Shown: positions 9,725 to 19,025 of the stretch, one piece after another
Position numbering within the stretch: position 1 is the stretch's first letter
Layout of the letters: each line of letters starts with the position of its first letter
Origin: Candidatus Xenobium occultum
Lineage (GTDB): Bacteria; Vulcanimicrobiota; Xenobia; Xenobiales; Xenobiaceae
DNA length: 64,000 nt
NCBI GenBank assembly: GCA_002423485.1
Contig: DIWH01000081.1
Location: 11,612-75,611 of the forward strand
Reading direction: 5' to 3'
Program-made: the position numbers and the translations under genes
Notes under the pieces: generated by a model
Told to the model about the DNA's origin: nothing
Seen by the model: the letters and a program-made list of their open reading frames with translations, nothing else
Database searches by the model: none

Positions 9725-10908
9725 GGTTTTACTCCCAGTTCTCTGGACCTTTCGCGCACGGTGTTCAGCAGGCCCCCGTCCAGGTAACCCGGCTCTTCCA
9801 CGAACTCCGGGTAGATGGCCAGCCGCTCGGCCAGGACGTAACCCTCCTCGGCGCAGGTTTGGGCCAGGGCCTCGGCGTGGGGCCAGGGGGCCTGGGGGTT
9901 GATGTAGTCCCGGGTCAAGGGGGACAGGCCTCCCCAGTCGTTGATCCCCGCCCGGAGCAGCAGGCGATGTCCGCCGGGGTTGAGGTTGGGCGGGGCCTGC
10001 AGGTTCACCTCCGGGCCCAGCAGCAACCGGGCCACGGCGACGGTGCGGGCCACCTCCTCCGCGTCTGGTTCGGCGTCCCCTGGAATGAGCAGGCCGGGCT
10101 GGTGGCGGAAGTTCTGGACGATCACCTCCTGGAGGTGCAGGTCACGCAGCAGGACCAGGGCCTCCACCCGCTCGCGCGGCGTCTCGCCGATGCCCAGCAG
10201 GATCCCGCTGGTGAAGGGGATGCGCAGGTCGACGGCGTCCCGCAGGACTCGCAGGCGCACCCCGGGGGCCTTGTCGGGCGAGGCTTCGTGGGGCATCCCC
10301 TTCCCGGCCAGGCGAGGGCTGGCGCTCTCCAGCATCAGGCCCATGCTGACGTTGCAGCGCTTGAGGAGGGTCAACTCCTCCCGGGTCAGGGCGCCGGCGT
10401 TGGTGTGGGGAAGCAGTCCCTCCTCCAGGGCGATCCGGCAGGCCACGGCCACCTGTTCCGCCGTGCAGTCCACCCCCAGTTGGCGCAGGGTCTCCTGGTG
10501 GGAAGGCCAGAGCGACTCGGGCCGGTCCCCCAGGCAGAAGAGGGCCTCGGTGCAGCCGGCCCGGAAAGCCCGACGACACTCGTGGCGGACCTCCTCGAAG
10601 GTCATGGTGTGCTGGCCCGGCTGGTCGGGTTCCCGGCGAAAGCTGCAATAGGCGCAGCGGTTGCGGCACAGGTTGGTCAGGGGCAGGAAGACGTTTCGCG
10701 AGAAGCTCACCCGCCGACCGTGTCCCCGGTCGCGCATCTCTTCGGCGGCCTCCAGCAGGGCGGGCAGTTCTTCAGGGGGGCCTTCCGCCAGACGGGTTCC
10801 CTCTTCGGTCGAGAGGGGCTGCCCGCCCAGGGTCCGTTCCAGGATTCCAGTCAGGTCCAGCCTGGCCCCGGCGGTTCCCCCGACTCCCTGCTGCGCGTCC
10901 TGAGCCAT
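9721..10908 (-). CDS. cofG: Radical SAM FO synthase subunit 1 (CofG)
   Basis: RNVFLPLTNLCRNRCAYCSF (CxxxCxYCxF) is typical of CofG. Start trimmed to ATG 10908. Confidence 0.65.
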   Translation of the reverse strand: MAQDAQQGVGGTAGARLDLTGILERTLGGQPLSTEEGTRLAEGPPEELPALLEAAEEMRDRGHGRRVSFSRNVFLPLTNLCRNRCAYCSFRREPDQPGQHTMTFEEVRHECRRAFRAGCTEALFCLGDRPESLWPSHQETLRQLGVDCTAEQVAVACRIALEEGLLPHTNAGALTREELTLLKRCNVSMGLMLESASPRLAGKGMPHEASPDKAPGVRLRVLRDAVDLRIPFTSGILLGIGETPRERVEALVLLRDLHLQEVIVQNFRHQPGLLIPGDAEPDAEEVARTVAVARLLLGPEVNLQAPPNLNPGGHRLLLRAGINDWGGLSPLTRDYINPQAPWPHAEALAQTCAEEGYVLAERLAIYPEFVEEPGYLDGGLLNTVRERSRELGVKP

Positions 10909-11078
10909 GCTCGTTCCTCCCGGTCGTTCGTCGAGGGTCTTCCAGTCGAAGATCTGTCCACCTCTTCCAGAGGCCTGAAGGACTCCTGGCCCTGCCGGAC
11001 CGCGCTGATGTCGTTTGCCCGGAGGGTTGAGGCGCCCGGGCGGAGGGGCGGAGCAGGGCGGACCCCGGTTTCCGTGAA

Positions 11079-12593
11079 TTGGTCCAACGATCGCTGATGG
11101 GAGGGCCGGGAGCAGATGGGGCAGGAACACGCTGCTTTTCAGGGGGCCAGGGAACCCGGTCCCAGAATCATCCAGGACCGGGTCGGGTAGCCTGGCTGAT
11201 CGCCCTGGTCTGCGCCGGGGCCTTCATCGCGAACCTGGACGCCACCATCGTCAACATCGTCCTGCCGACCATGGCAGCGGAGTTCCAGGCCAGTCCCAGC
11301 AGGATCGCCTGGGTCTGTCTGGCCTACCTCCTGTGTGAGACCGGGTTCTTGCTCCCCTTCGGCAAGCTCGCCGACATGAAGGGCGGCAAGCCGGTGTACC
11401 TGGCGGGTCTTCTGGTCTTCCTGGTGGGGTCGGCCCTTTGCGCTTCTGCAAACAAGGTCAACGAGTTGATCCTCTTTCGGGCCCTCCAGGGGGTTGGCGG
11501 AGCCCTGCTCTACACGGTGATGCTTTCGTTTATCGCCTTGCACCTGCCGCCTGAGCGGAGGGTGGGAGCCACGGGGCTGGTCACCACCGCGGCTGCGGCG
11601 GGTTTCGGCCTGGGCCCTCCTCTTGGTGGGTGGATCGAGACCCAGGTCGGGTGGCGTTGGATCTTCCTGGTGAACATTCCCTTCTGCGCGGTCGCCTCGC
11701 TGGCTGCGGTCCGCTACCTCCCGGCAGCGCCCTATCGCCGCCTCGGGGCGCGTTTCGACCTTCCCGGAGCCGTCTTCTCCATCGTGGTCCTGGTCTGCTT
11801 CCTCTTCGGGGTCAACCAGGGGGTGGGCCGGGGTTGGACCTCTCCGATCATCCTGACCAGCCTGGCGCTGGCTGCGGTGTTCACGGTCGCCTTCGCCTTC
11901 AGCCAGTTGCGAGCTCCCGACCCGTTGCTGGATGTCCGTCTCTTTCGGGATCGCACCCTGGCCTTGATCCTGGCCTCCTTGGCAGCCAGTTTCTCGACCG
12001 TCGGTGGGGTCGTCTTCCTGTTCCCCTTCTACCTGGTCGACTACAGCCACCTGAAGCCGGATGTGGCTGGAATGCTGATGACCACGCTGAGTGTGGGGCA
12101 GTTCGCAGGCCCCTTCACGGGCCGACTTTCCCAGCGCTTCGGAGCCTATCGTCTGTGTCTTGCTGCCCTGGGCCTGTCCGTCGCGTCGTTCCTCTTCTTC
12201 CTGAGCTTGACCCTCACCAGCACGGTCCCCGTCTTGATCCTGGCCATGGGCCTCTTCGGACTGGCTCAGGGTTTTGGCAAGGCGCCGAATACCGCTCTGG
12301 CCATGGATCGCGCGCCGGCCAGCAAAGCTCACCAGGTGTCCAGTATCCTGGGCCTCGTGCGCAGTCTGCCCATGGCCTTGGGTGTCTTGTTCTTCGCGAC
12401 CCTCTTCTCCCAGGGGATTCCCAGGCACGTGTCGCTCCAGGACACGCACCTGGGCGCGCTTCCAGACCCTTCCGTTCTGGCGCCGGGATTCCACCACGCC
12501 CTGACCTTCGGACTCGTGGTCAGCGTGGCGGCCATGGTCGCCATGATCTGGGCTTGGCGGGAGTCAGCCCCTCCAGTCGTCCCGGACGCCTGA
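11079..12593 (+). CDS. MFS transporter, DHA2 (EmrB/QacA-like) family, 14 TMS
   Basis: FIANLDATIVNIVLP and ALQGVGGALLY motifs. 504 aa with 14 predicted TM segments. Exact start uncertain. Confidence 0.8.
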   Translation: MVQRSLMGGPGADGAGTRCFSGGQGTRSQNHPGPGRVAWLIALVCAGAFIANLDATIVNIVLPTMAAEFQASPSRIAWVCLAYLLCETGFLLPFGKLADMKGGKPVYLAGLLVFLVGSALCASANKVNELILFRALQGVGGALLYTVMLSFIALHLPPERRVGATGLVTTAAAAGFGLGPPLGGWIETQVGWRWIFLVNIPFCAVASLAAVRYLPAAPYRRLGARFDLPGAVFSIVVLVCFLFGVNQGVGRGWTSPIILTSLALAAVFTVAFAFSQLRAPDPLLDVRLFRDRTLALILASLAASFSTVGGVVFLFPFYLVDYSHLKPDVAGMLMTTLSVGQFAGPFTGRLSQRFGAYRLCLAALGLSVASFLFFLSLTLTSTVPVLILAMGLFGLAQGFGKAPNTALAMDRAPASKAHQVSSILGLVRSLPMALGVLFFATLFSQGIPRHVSLQDTHLGALPDPSVLAPGFHHALTFGLVVSVAAMVAMIWAWRESAPPVVPDA

Positions 12594-12749
12594 AGCGCGT
12601 TCCCCGACCCGAAGAGGGCGGCCAGCGAAAGACAGCCGGATTTTTTTGGGGGTCTCACCGCCCCGGAGGCCCGTCCATGTCCCCCTGACAGTTTCATGTG
12701 GTGGATTCTGGGCCCCTGCCTGTGGCGCGACAAGGCGGCCCCGAGCGGC

Positions 12750-12755
12750 TATAAT
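12750..12755 (+). promoter_or_regulatory. Perfect TATAAT -10-like hexamer 9 nt upstream of ATG 12765
   Basis: ctataatggggcgaccATG. No SD-like purine run between the box and the ATG. Possible leaderless or short-leader transcript. Confidence 0.35.
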
Positions 12756-12764
12756 GGGGCGACC

Positions 12765-13271
12765 ATGACCCGCCTGGCCCCCGTGTTGCTTGCAGCCCTC
12801 CTCCTGTTCGGAGCCGCTTCCCTTTCAGCCGCCCCGGCCCTGGCGCCGCCGCGCCTGGTGGATATCCGGGTGTGGTCCTACGCCTCTGGCAGCCAGGACC
12901 GCGCCCAGACGGTCCTGTGGTGGCTGCCTGAGGGCATCCAGGCCGCGCGTCCCGACACCTTTACCCACGGTGGCCTGCTGCGCGTGCGGGTCCTGGTCGC
13001 TGGCGGTCTGGACGAGGATCGCGATGGCACTTTGAACTGGTTGAGCGTGGTCTTCCACGACGCGGCTGGAGCGGAGTTCGAGCTTCCCCTCGAGCGCCGT
13101 GAGACCCGGGCCGGCGTCAAGGACGTCTGTTGGAGGATTCCCCTGGAGTGTGCTCCGGGGCCGCTGCACCTGGAGGTCCTGGCTTGGGGCGAACGCCCCC
13201 AGGGGCCCGCGCGCACCATGTCCCCGGCCGACGGCTCGGGGAAGCTCGAGTTGGGCCGTGTGGCGGACTGA
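12765..13271 (+). CDS. Hypothetical secreted protein (signal peptide), unknown function
   Basis: MTRLAPVLLAALLLFGAASLSAAPALA signal peptide. Ends 14 nt inside the ribD start. Confidence 0.55.
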   Translation: MTRLAPVLLAALLLFGAASLSAAPALAPPRLVDIRVWSYASGSQDRAQTVLWWLPEGIQAARPDTFTHGGLLRVRVLVAGGLDEDRDGTLNWLSVVFHDAAGAEFELPLERRETRAGVKDVCWRIPLECAPGPLHLEVLAWGERPQGPARTMSPADGSGKLELGRVAD

Positions 13272-14373
13272 AGTCGACCTGCCCCACCTGGAGAGGGCGC
13301 TGGAGCTGGCCGAGCGAGGTCGGTTGAGCTGCGAGCCCAATCCGATGGTCGGGTGCGTCCTGACCTCCGGTGGGCAGGTGGTGGGCGAAGGATTCCATGA
13401 GGTGGCCGGTTCACCTCACGCCGAGGTCCAGGCCCTGCGCCTGGCCGGGGAGGCAGCTCGGGGGGGGACGGCCTACGTGACACTGGAGCCGTGCACCCAC
13501 TTCGGTCGAACTCCACCTTGCGTGGGAGCCTTGCTTCAGGCCGGGATCGCTCGGGTCGTGGTGGGGCTGGAGGACCCCTTTCCCCAGGTCTGCGGGGAAG
13601 GGGTGCGCCAGTTGCGCCAGGCGGGCGTGGAGGTCGATCTGGCCCCGCGGGCCTTCCAGGAACGTTGTGCCCGCCAGAACTGCCGCTTCCTGCACCGGGT
13701 TCGTCGGGGCGGGGCCTTCGTGACGATGAAGTTCGCCATGACCCTGGACGGCAAGATCGCTACCTCCACCGGCCACGCCCGCTGGATTTCCAGTCCGGCC
13801 AGTCGGGCCCGCGCTCAGTTCGAACGCGCCGCGCATCGGGCGATCCTGGTGGGAGTGGGCACGGTCCTGGCCGACGACCCGCGCCTGGACTGCCGGATGT
13901 CGGGCGGGCGGGACCCCGTGCCGGTGGTGCTGGACAGCACCCTGCGGACGCCGGTCGACTCCAGGCTCCTGCGGGGGGGGCGGGCTCTGGTGGCCTGTCG
14001 GGAGGACGCTGATCCCGAGCGGGCCGGACTCTTGGAGCAGGCGGGGGCCGAGATCCTGCGGCTTCCCGGGCGGGGCCGGGTGGACCTCGCCGCCTTGTTG
14101 GAGATCCTGGCCGGGCGGGGCCTGGACAGCGTGTTGCTGGAGGGCGGCGGCCAGGTGCACGCCTCGGCCCTGGCCTCGGGGGCGGTGCATCGGGTCCTGG
14201 GCTTCGTGGCCCCCCTGATGGTGGGTGGCAGCCAGGCTCCCACGCCCGTGGAGGGCCCCGGAGTGGCCCGCATGGATCAGGCCTGGCAGGTCCGCCACCT
14301 GGCCTGGGAGGTCCTGGGGCCCGACCTGGTCTGCGAGGGCTTCCTCTGGGATTGGAGCGATCTGCTTCGATGA
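13258..14373 (+). CDS. ribD: Bifunctional riboflavin biosynthesis deaminase/reductase RibD
   Basis: CEPNPMVGCV...HAEVQAL...TLEPCTHFGRTPPC deaminase zinc motif, then reductase domain. GTG 13258 start gives the typical 371 aa. Confidence 0.85.
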   Translation: MWRTEVDLPHLERALELAERGRLSCEPNPMVGCVLTSGGQVVGEGFHEVAGSPHAEVQALRLAGEAARGGTAYVTLEPCTHFGRTPPCVGALLQAGIARVVVGLEDPFPQVCGEGVRQLRQAGVEVDLAPRAFQERCARQNCRFLHRVRRGGAFVTMKFAMTLDGKIATSTGHARWISSPASRARAQFERAAHRAILVGVGTVLADDPRLDCRMSGGRDPVPVVLDSTLRTPVDSRLLRGGRALVACREDADPERAGLLEQAGAEILRLPGRGRVDLAALLEILAGRGLDSVLLEGGGQVHASALASGAVHRVLGFVAPLMVGGSQAPTPVEGPGVARMDQAWQVRHLAWEVLGPDLVCEGFLWDWSDLLR

Positions 14374-14981
14374 AGTCGAACCCTCAGAGACTGCGCGTGT
14401 CCCGAGGGGCCGAGGCCTGGTTGCCGACCTTGGCCGGGGAGTTCCGGATGCTGGTCTTCCTGGGGGAGGAGGATTCCCGCGAGCAGGTGGCCCTGGTGTC
14501 CGGCTCGCTGGAGGGCGACGCTCCCGTCCTGGTGCGCATGCACTCCGAGTGCCTGACCGGGGACGTCTTCGGATCCCAGCGCTGCGACTGCGGGGCGCAG
14601 TTGGACCTGGCCCTGGCGGAGGTGGGGCGCAGCGGCCGGGGCGTGTTGCTGTACCTGCGGCAGGAGGGCCGGGGGATCGGCCTTCTGAACAAGACGCGGG
14701 CCTATCGACTGCAGGAGTTGGGCCGGGACACCGTGGAGGCCAACCTGGCCCTGGGGTTCGGGATGGACCTGCGGGACTACCGATTGGCGGCGGCCATCCT
14801 GGAGGACCTCGGGGTTCGCCGGGTCGAGCTTCTGACCAACAACCCGGCCAAGGTTCGGGCCCTGGAGTCTTGCGGCCTGGAGGTCTCCCGGCGGCCCCTG
14901 GAGATTCCGCCGACCCCGGCCAGTCAGGCCTATCTGCGGACCAAACGTGAGAAGATGGGGCACGACCTGCGTCTGGTCTGA
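14370..14981 (+). CDS. ribA: GTP cyclohydrolase II
   Basis: RMHSECLTGDVFGSQRCDCG...EGRGIGLLNK motifs. ATGA overlap with ribD stop. No DHBP-synthase domain. Confidence 0.85.
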   Translation: MKSNPQRLRVSRGAEAWLPTLAGEFRMLVFLGEEDSREQVALVSGSLEGDAPVLVRMHSECLTGDVFGSQRCDCGAQLDLALAEVGRSGRGVLLYLRQEGRGIGLLNKTRAYRLQELGRDTVEANLALGFGMDLRDYRLAAAILEDLGVRRVELLTNNPAKVRALESCGLEVSRRPLEIPPTPASQAYLRTKREKMGHDLRLV

Positions 14982-14987
14982 ACCTTC

Positions 14988-15791
14988 TCAGACTTCACGA
15001 CTTCCCGTCGGCACCAGGAAGAGTCGGGGGCGCTGGCCCGGTCCCGGCTGCACCTCCACCTGCACCCCGAAAACCTGCAGCAGCAGGGCCGGTTCGAGCA
15101 CCTCGGCGGGAGGGCCGTCCCGCAGCACGTGGCCCTGGCGCAGGGCGATCAGCCGGTCGCAGTACAGCGAAGCCAGGTTCAGGTCATGCAGGGCCGCCAG
15201 GATCGTCAGGCCGTGGGTTCGATTCAGCCGCGAAAGCAGGTCCATGACCTCCACCTGGAAGCTGATGTCCAGATGGGAGGTCGGTTCGTCCAGGACCAGG
15301 ATTCGAGCCTCCTGGGCCAGGGCCTGGGCGATCCGGACGCGCTGGGCCTCACCTCCCGAGACCTCGGTGATCCGACGCTCGGCCAGGTCCAACACGCCCG
15401 TGTCGGCCATGCAGCGACGCACCACCTCGTCGTGCCCCGAATCCAGCAGGCCCAGGCCGGATCGGTGGACGTAGCGGCCCATGGCCACTACTTCGCGGCA
15501 GGTGAAGGGCAACCAGACGTGCACGTCCTGGGGCACGAAGGCCAGGGTGGAGGCCAGGCGTCCCCGGGGGATCCGGGTCAGGTCCTCTCCGCCCAGGTCC
15601 ACGTGGCCCTGGGTCGGGCGCAGGACCCCCGCCAGCAGCTTGAGAAGCGTGGACTTGCCCGAGCCGTTCGGGCCCAGAAGACCGACGAAAGTTCCCGGCT
15701 CCAGCTCCAGGTCCAGGGGGTCCAACACCTGGGGGGAATCGGGAGTATAGGAGAAGGTCAGGCCCAGGGCCTGAAGGCGGGGAGGCGTCAC
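14988..15791 (-). CDS. ABC transporter ATP-binding protein (FecE/BtuD-type importer ATPase)
   Basis: Walker A GPNGSGKST, signature SGGEAQR, Walker B ILVLDEPTSHLD. GTG start 15791 in GTGA overlap with permease stop. The 611-aa ORF is over-extended. Confidence 0.85.
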   Translation of the reverse strand: MTPPRLQALGLTFSYTPDSPQVLDPLDLELEPGTFVGLLGPNGSGKSTLLKLLAGVLRPTQGHVDLGGEDLTRIPRGRLASTLAFVPQDVHVWLPFTCREVVAMGRYVHRSGLGLLDSGHDEVVRRCMADTGVLDLAERRITEVSGGEAQRVRIAQALAQEARILVLDEPTSHLDISFQVEVMDLLSRLNRTHGLTILAALHDLNLASLYCDRLIALRQGHVLRDGPPAEVLEPALLLQVFGVQVEVQPGPGQRPRLFLVPTGSREV

Positions 15792-16807
15792 GACAGGCCC
15801 TTCCTGCGATGCAGCAGCCAGAAGAAGAAGGGGGCTCCTACCATGGCCGTGACGACCCCCACGGGGATTTCCTGCGGAGCCCCCACGGTTCGTGCCACCG
15901 TGTCGGCCAGGACCAGGAAGGCCGCTCCCCCCAGGGCCGAGGCCGGCATCAGGACCCGGTGGTCCGGCCCCACCAGCATGCGCGTCAGGTGCGGGACGAG
16001 CAGGCCCAGGAAGCCGATCAGTCCCGAGGCCGAGACGGCCGCCGCCGTGACCAGCGAGCCCGCCAGGATGACCTGGATTTTCAGGCGCTCGACGTCGACA
16101 CCCAGGCTCCAGGCTGCCTCGTCCCCCATGCTGGCCACATTCAGGGCCGGGGAGAGCAGATACAGGGCCACCCCTCCGATCAGCAGGTAGGGGGCGACCA
16201 GGGCCACCCGCGAGGCGTCGGCCTGTCCCAGCGAGCCCATCAACCAGAAGACGACCCGGGGCAGGTCCTCGTGCGCCAAGGTCATCAGGAAGCTGACCAT
16301 GGCGCCTGCGAACGAGCCCACCACGACGCCCGCCAGCAGGAAGGTCTCCACCGGCAGGGTGTTGCCGATCCGGGCCAGGCGATAGACGGCCAGCATGGCG
16401 CCCAGGGCTCCCAGGAAGGCCAGGGCGGGAACCGGCGAGAGCCAGGGAAGGGGGGAGGGGAGGTGCAGGACGATCGCCAGGGAGGCGCCCAGGGCTGCCC
16501 CGGCGGAGGTGCCGACGATATAGGGATCCGCCAGGGGGTTGCGCAGGATCCCCTGGAAACCGCTGCCCGCAAGGGCCAGGGAGGCACCGACCAGCATCCC
16601 CAGCAGGACCCGGGGCAGCCGCAGGTCCAGCAGGATGGTGGCCGTGGCCGGGTCCAACCGGGCCGGGTCGGTCCAGGCCAGCCAGAGGTCGCCCGGGGTG
16701 ATGGGGACCGAGCCGACCAGCATCCCAACCAGGCCTGCCACGGCCAGCAGGGCGGCGCCCCCCGTGCAGGCCAGAGCCAGTCGAACGGCGAGGGAGGCCC
16801 GTCTCAT
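15788..16807 (-). CDS. ABC transporter permease, FecCD/BtuC family
   Basis: FecCD motifs (LLDLRLPRVLLGMLVGASLALAGSGFQGILRNPLADPYIVGTSAGAALGA). ATGA overlap with SBP gene. Confidence 0.85.
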   Translation of the reverse strand: MRRASLAVRLALACTGGAALLAVAGLVGMLVGSVPITPGDLWLAWTDPARLDPATATILLDLRLPRVLLGMLVGASLALAGSGFQGILRNPLADPYIVGTSAGAALGASLAIVLHLPSPLPWLSPVPALAFLGALGAMLAVYRLARIGNTLPVETFLLAGVVVGSFAGAMVSFLMTLAHEDLPRVVFWLMGSLGQADASRVALVAPYLLIGGVALYLLSPALNVASMGDEAAWSLGVDVERLKIQVILAGSLVTAAAVSASGLIGFLGLLVPHLTRMLVGPDHRVLMPASALGGAAFLVLADTVARTVGAPQEIPVGVVTAMVGAPFFFWLLHRRKGLS

Positions 16808-17658
16808 CGGCCCGGCTCTCCAAAAACCTGGACCAGGTTCCGCAATCCCTCCAGGCTGCGCATGGTCGGCCGGACCACCAGATCCGGTTCCAGCTTCCGG
16901 ACCCGACCTTCCCGCACGGCCGTCAGCCGCTCCCAACCTGCCCGATGCGGAAGATCCGCCGGTTCCAGGGTGGTCAGCAGCAGGATTTCAGGATCCCGGC
17001 GGACCAGGTCCTCCAACGAGATCGTGGGGTAGGTCTCGGAGAGGTCTCCGTAGACGTTGTTCCCCCCCGAGCGTTCGATCATCTCGTGGACCAGGCTGGT
17101 GCTCCCTGCCGTCATGAGGGGCTCTCCCCAGATCTCCACGAAGACTCGTGGAGCGTGGGGCAGGCTGCGGGCGGCCCGTTCCACCTCCTGCAGCCCGGCC
17201 TGGAAGGCTGCCAGCGCCTCAGAGGCCTTTTCTTCGGCACCCAGGGCCCGACCTAGGACTGGAAGGTTGGCCTGGAGGTCCGCCAGGGTCCTGGTCTTCA
17301 AAGCCAGGACGGGCAGGCCCAGCCCCTCCAATCGGGCACGGATCTCTTGTCCCTGCAGGTTGTCGTCCAACAGGATCAGGTCCGGGTGGAGGGCCAGGAT
17401 CCGCTCGTAGTCCGGCTGCATCCCGCCCACCCGGGGCAGGCTCTCGACCTGGGGAGGATGGTGATCGTTGTCGGTCACCGCCACCACCCGGTCTCCAAGT
17501 CCCAAAGCGAAGAGGGTCTCGGTCAGGTTTGGGGCCAGGCAGAGCAGGCGCCGGGCCTGGTCGGACCGGGCCGGCGCCGAAACTGGTGGGCGCTCGGTGC
17601 AGCCGCCCACCAGGAGCAGGACCACCAGGGCGGCCAACAGGGAACTTCTCGGTCTCAC
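16804..17658 (-). CDS. ABC transporter substrate-binding lipoprotein, BtuF/FhuD (cobalamin/iron-siderophore) class
   Basis: Lipoprotein signal LLLVGGC. Class III SBP fold hallmarks. GTG start in GTGA overlap with upstream small gene. Confidence 0.8.
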   Translation of the reverse strand: MRPRSSLLAALVVLLLVGGCTERPPVSAPARSDQARRLLCLAPNLTETLFALGLGDRVVAVTDNDHHPPQVESLPRVGGMQPDYERILALHPDLILLDDNLQGQEIRARLEGLGLPVLALKTRTLADLQANLPVLGRALGAEEKASEALAAFQAGLQEVERAARSLPHAPRVFVEIWGEPLMTAGSTSLVHEMIERSGGNNVYGDLSETYPTISLEDLVRRDPEILLLTTLEPADLPHRAGWERLTAVREGRVRKLEPDLVVRPTMRSLEGLRNLVQVFGEPGR

Positions 17659-18050
17659 TCCTCGCGAGGCTCCGGGGTCTGGGCAGGGTTCTGCTCCGAG
17701 GAGGGAAAGGCCAGGGCCACCACCTCGTCCTGGGCTTCCGGCATCCGGCGGGTCTCCAACTCGACCTCTTCAGGGGCATAGGCCGAGACAACCCGGATCT
17801 GTTCCCCGTCGGGGGTCTGGAGGCACTCGTAGCGGGTGTCATCCTGAGGGTCGCGCAGGATGAAGCTGGCCCGGGGTTCCAGCCAGCGGACCAGTTGCCG
17901 GGCTTCCAGGAAACGCCCGTGGTCCACATGGTCGCGGTACTCGCGCAGGAGGCCTTCCAGGCGGGGGGCCAGGTCCGCAGACACCTCGCCCGCTTCCTGT
18001 TCGCGGCGATAATCCAGATATTCGTCGCACCAGTCGATCTCGATCTTCAA
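17655..18050 (-). CDS. Hypothetical small acidic protein (about 132 aa) leading the btuFCD-like operon
   Basis: TTG start 18050 preceded by GGAGG at 6-nt spacing. Acidic, no recognised domain. Its stop overlaps the SBP start. Confidence 0.5.
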   Translation of the reverse strand: MKIEIDWCDEYLDYRREQEAGEVSADLAPRLEGLLREYRDHVDHGRFLEARQLVRWLEPRASFILRDPQDDTRYECLQTPDGEQIRVVSAYAPEEVELETRRMPEAQDEVVALAFPSSEQNPAQTPEPREE

Positions 18051-18167
18051 GAAAGGCCTCCCCGGGGAGCAGAGCACCCCTGACGCAATTCCCTTCGTTC
18101 CCGGTGCTCCATTCCCTGGAAGCGATGGCAGGAGGCAGCGGCGAGGCCGCGAAAGTCCGGCCTTCCC

Positions 18168-19025
18168 GTGCCCAGGACCTCCACCCGGGCCAGCAAGAGG
18201 GCCTCCGCCCCCGGGCCCGTGTTGAAGTGGGCCGGCGGCAAGAGCCAGTTGCTGGTCCAGTACGACCGCTGGTTTCCCCGCCGCTTCGCTGCCTACTTCG
18301 AGCCTTTCGTGGGCGGCGCAGCCGTGTTCTTTCACCTGTTGCCCGCCACCACCCGGCATCGGGTCCGCCTGTCGGACCTCAACGGGGACCTGATCGAGGT
18401 CTATCGGACGCTGCAGGGCGACCTGGAGGGTTTGATCCACCGTCTGGCAGAGCACGCCGGGCAGCACTCGGAGGAGCACTTCTACCGGGTCCGCTCCTGG
18501 ACGCCCGAGGATTTGGAGCCGGTGGAGCGGGCCGCTCGGACCATCTACCTGAACAAGACCTGCTACAACGGACTGTATCGGGTCAACTCCTCGGGGCAGT
18601 TCAACGTCCCCTTCGGTCGCTACAAGAATCCCAGCATCCTGGCCGAACCTCGGCTGCGTGCGGCGGCGCGTGCCTTGGAGGGCGTGGAACTGGCAGTCGA
18701 GGGGTTCGAGTCGGTCCTGGAGCACGCCCGGAAGGGAGACCTGGTCTACTTCGACCCTCCCTATCAGCCGCTGAGTGCCACCTCCAGCTTCACCGCCTAC
18801 ACGCGCTGGAATTTCGGTGCGGCCGAGCAGGTCCGCCTGGCCGAGGTCTTTCGCGAGCTGGCCTCGCGCCAGGTCAAGGTCCTCCTGTCCAACTCGGACA
18901 GCCCTCTGATTCACGAACTCTACCAGGGCTACCCGACCCACCTCGTCCGGGCCAACCGCTTCATCAACTCCAAGGGCGATTCCCGGCAGGCCATCCACGA
19001 GGTGCTGGTCTGCAGCTTCCGGTGA
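18168..19025 (+). CDS. DNA adenine (N6) methyltransferase, Dam/D12 class
   Basis: LKWAGGKSQLL N-terminus, FxGxG (FEPFVGGAAVF) SAM motif, DPPY catalytic motif. Confidence 0.85.
   Translation: MPRTSTRASKRASAPGPVLKWAGGKSQLLVQYDRWFPRRFAAYFEPFVGGAAVFFHLLPATTRHRVRLSDLNGDLIEVYRTLQGDLEGLIHRLAEHAGQHSEEHFYRVRSWTPEDLEPVERAARTIYLNKTCYNGLYRVNSSGQFNVPFGRYKNPSILAEPRLRAAARALEGVELAVEGFESVLEHARKGDLVYFDPPYQPLSATSSFTAYTRWNFGAAEQVRLAEVFRELASRQVKVLLSNSDSPLIHELYQGYPTHLVRANRFINSKGDSRQAIHEVLVCSFR

Noticed and set aside
8549-10908. Assignment as MqnC/MqnE (futalosine menaquinone pathway) and not CofH/CofG
   Set aside because: The upstream gene has the CofG-type CxxxCxYC motif and NVFLPLTNLC N-terminus. The pairing and proximity to ribD/ribA favour FO synthase. 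MqnC/MqnE is kept as the lower-probability alternative.
12594-12764. FMN riboswitch upstream of ribD
   Set aside because: No conserved FMN-element sequence blocks are visible. Only a weak hairpin and T-run (terminator-like) after the MFS gene.
14988-16823. 611-aa ABC ATPase ORF
   Set aside because: Its N-terminal 340 codons overlap the FecCD permease gene in another frame. The true ATPase starts at GTG 15791.
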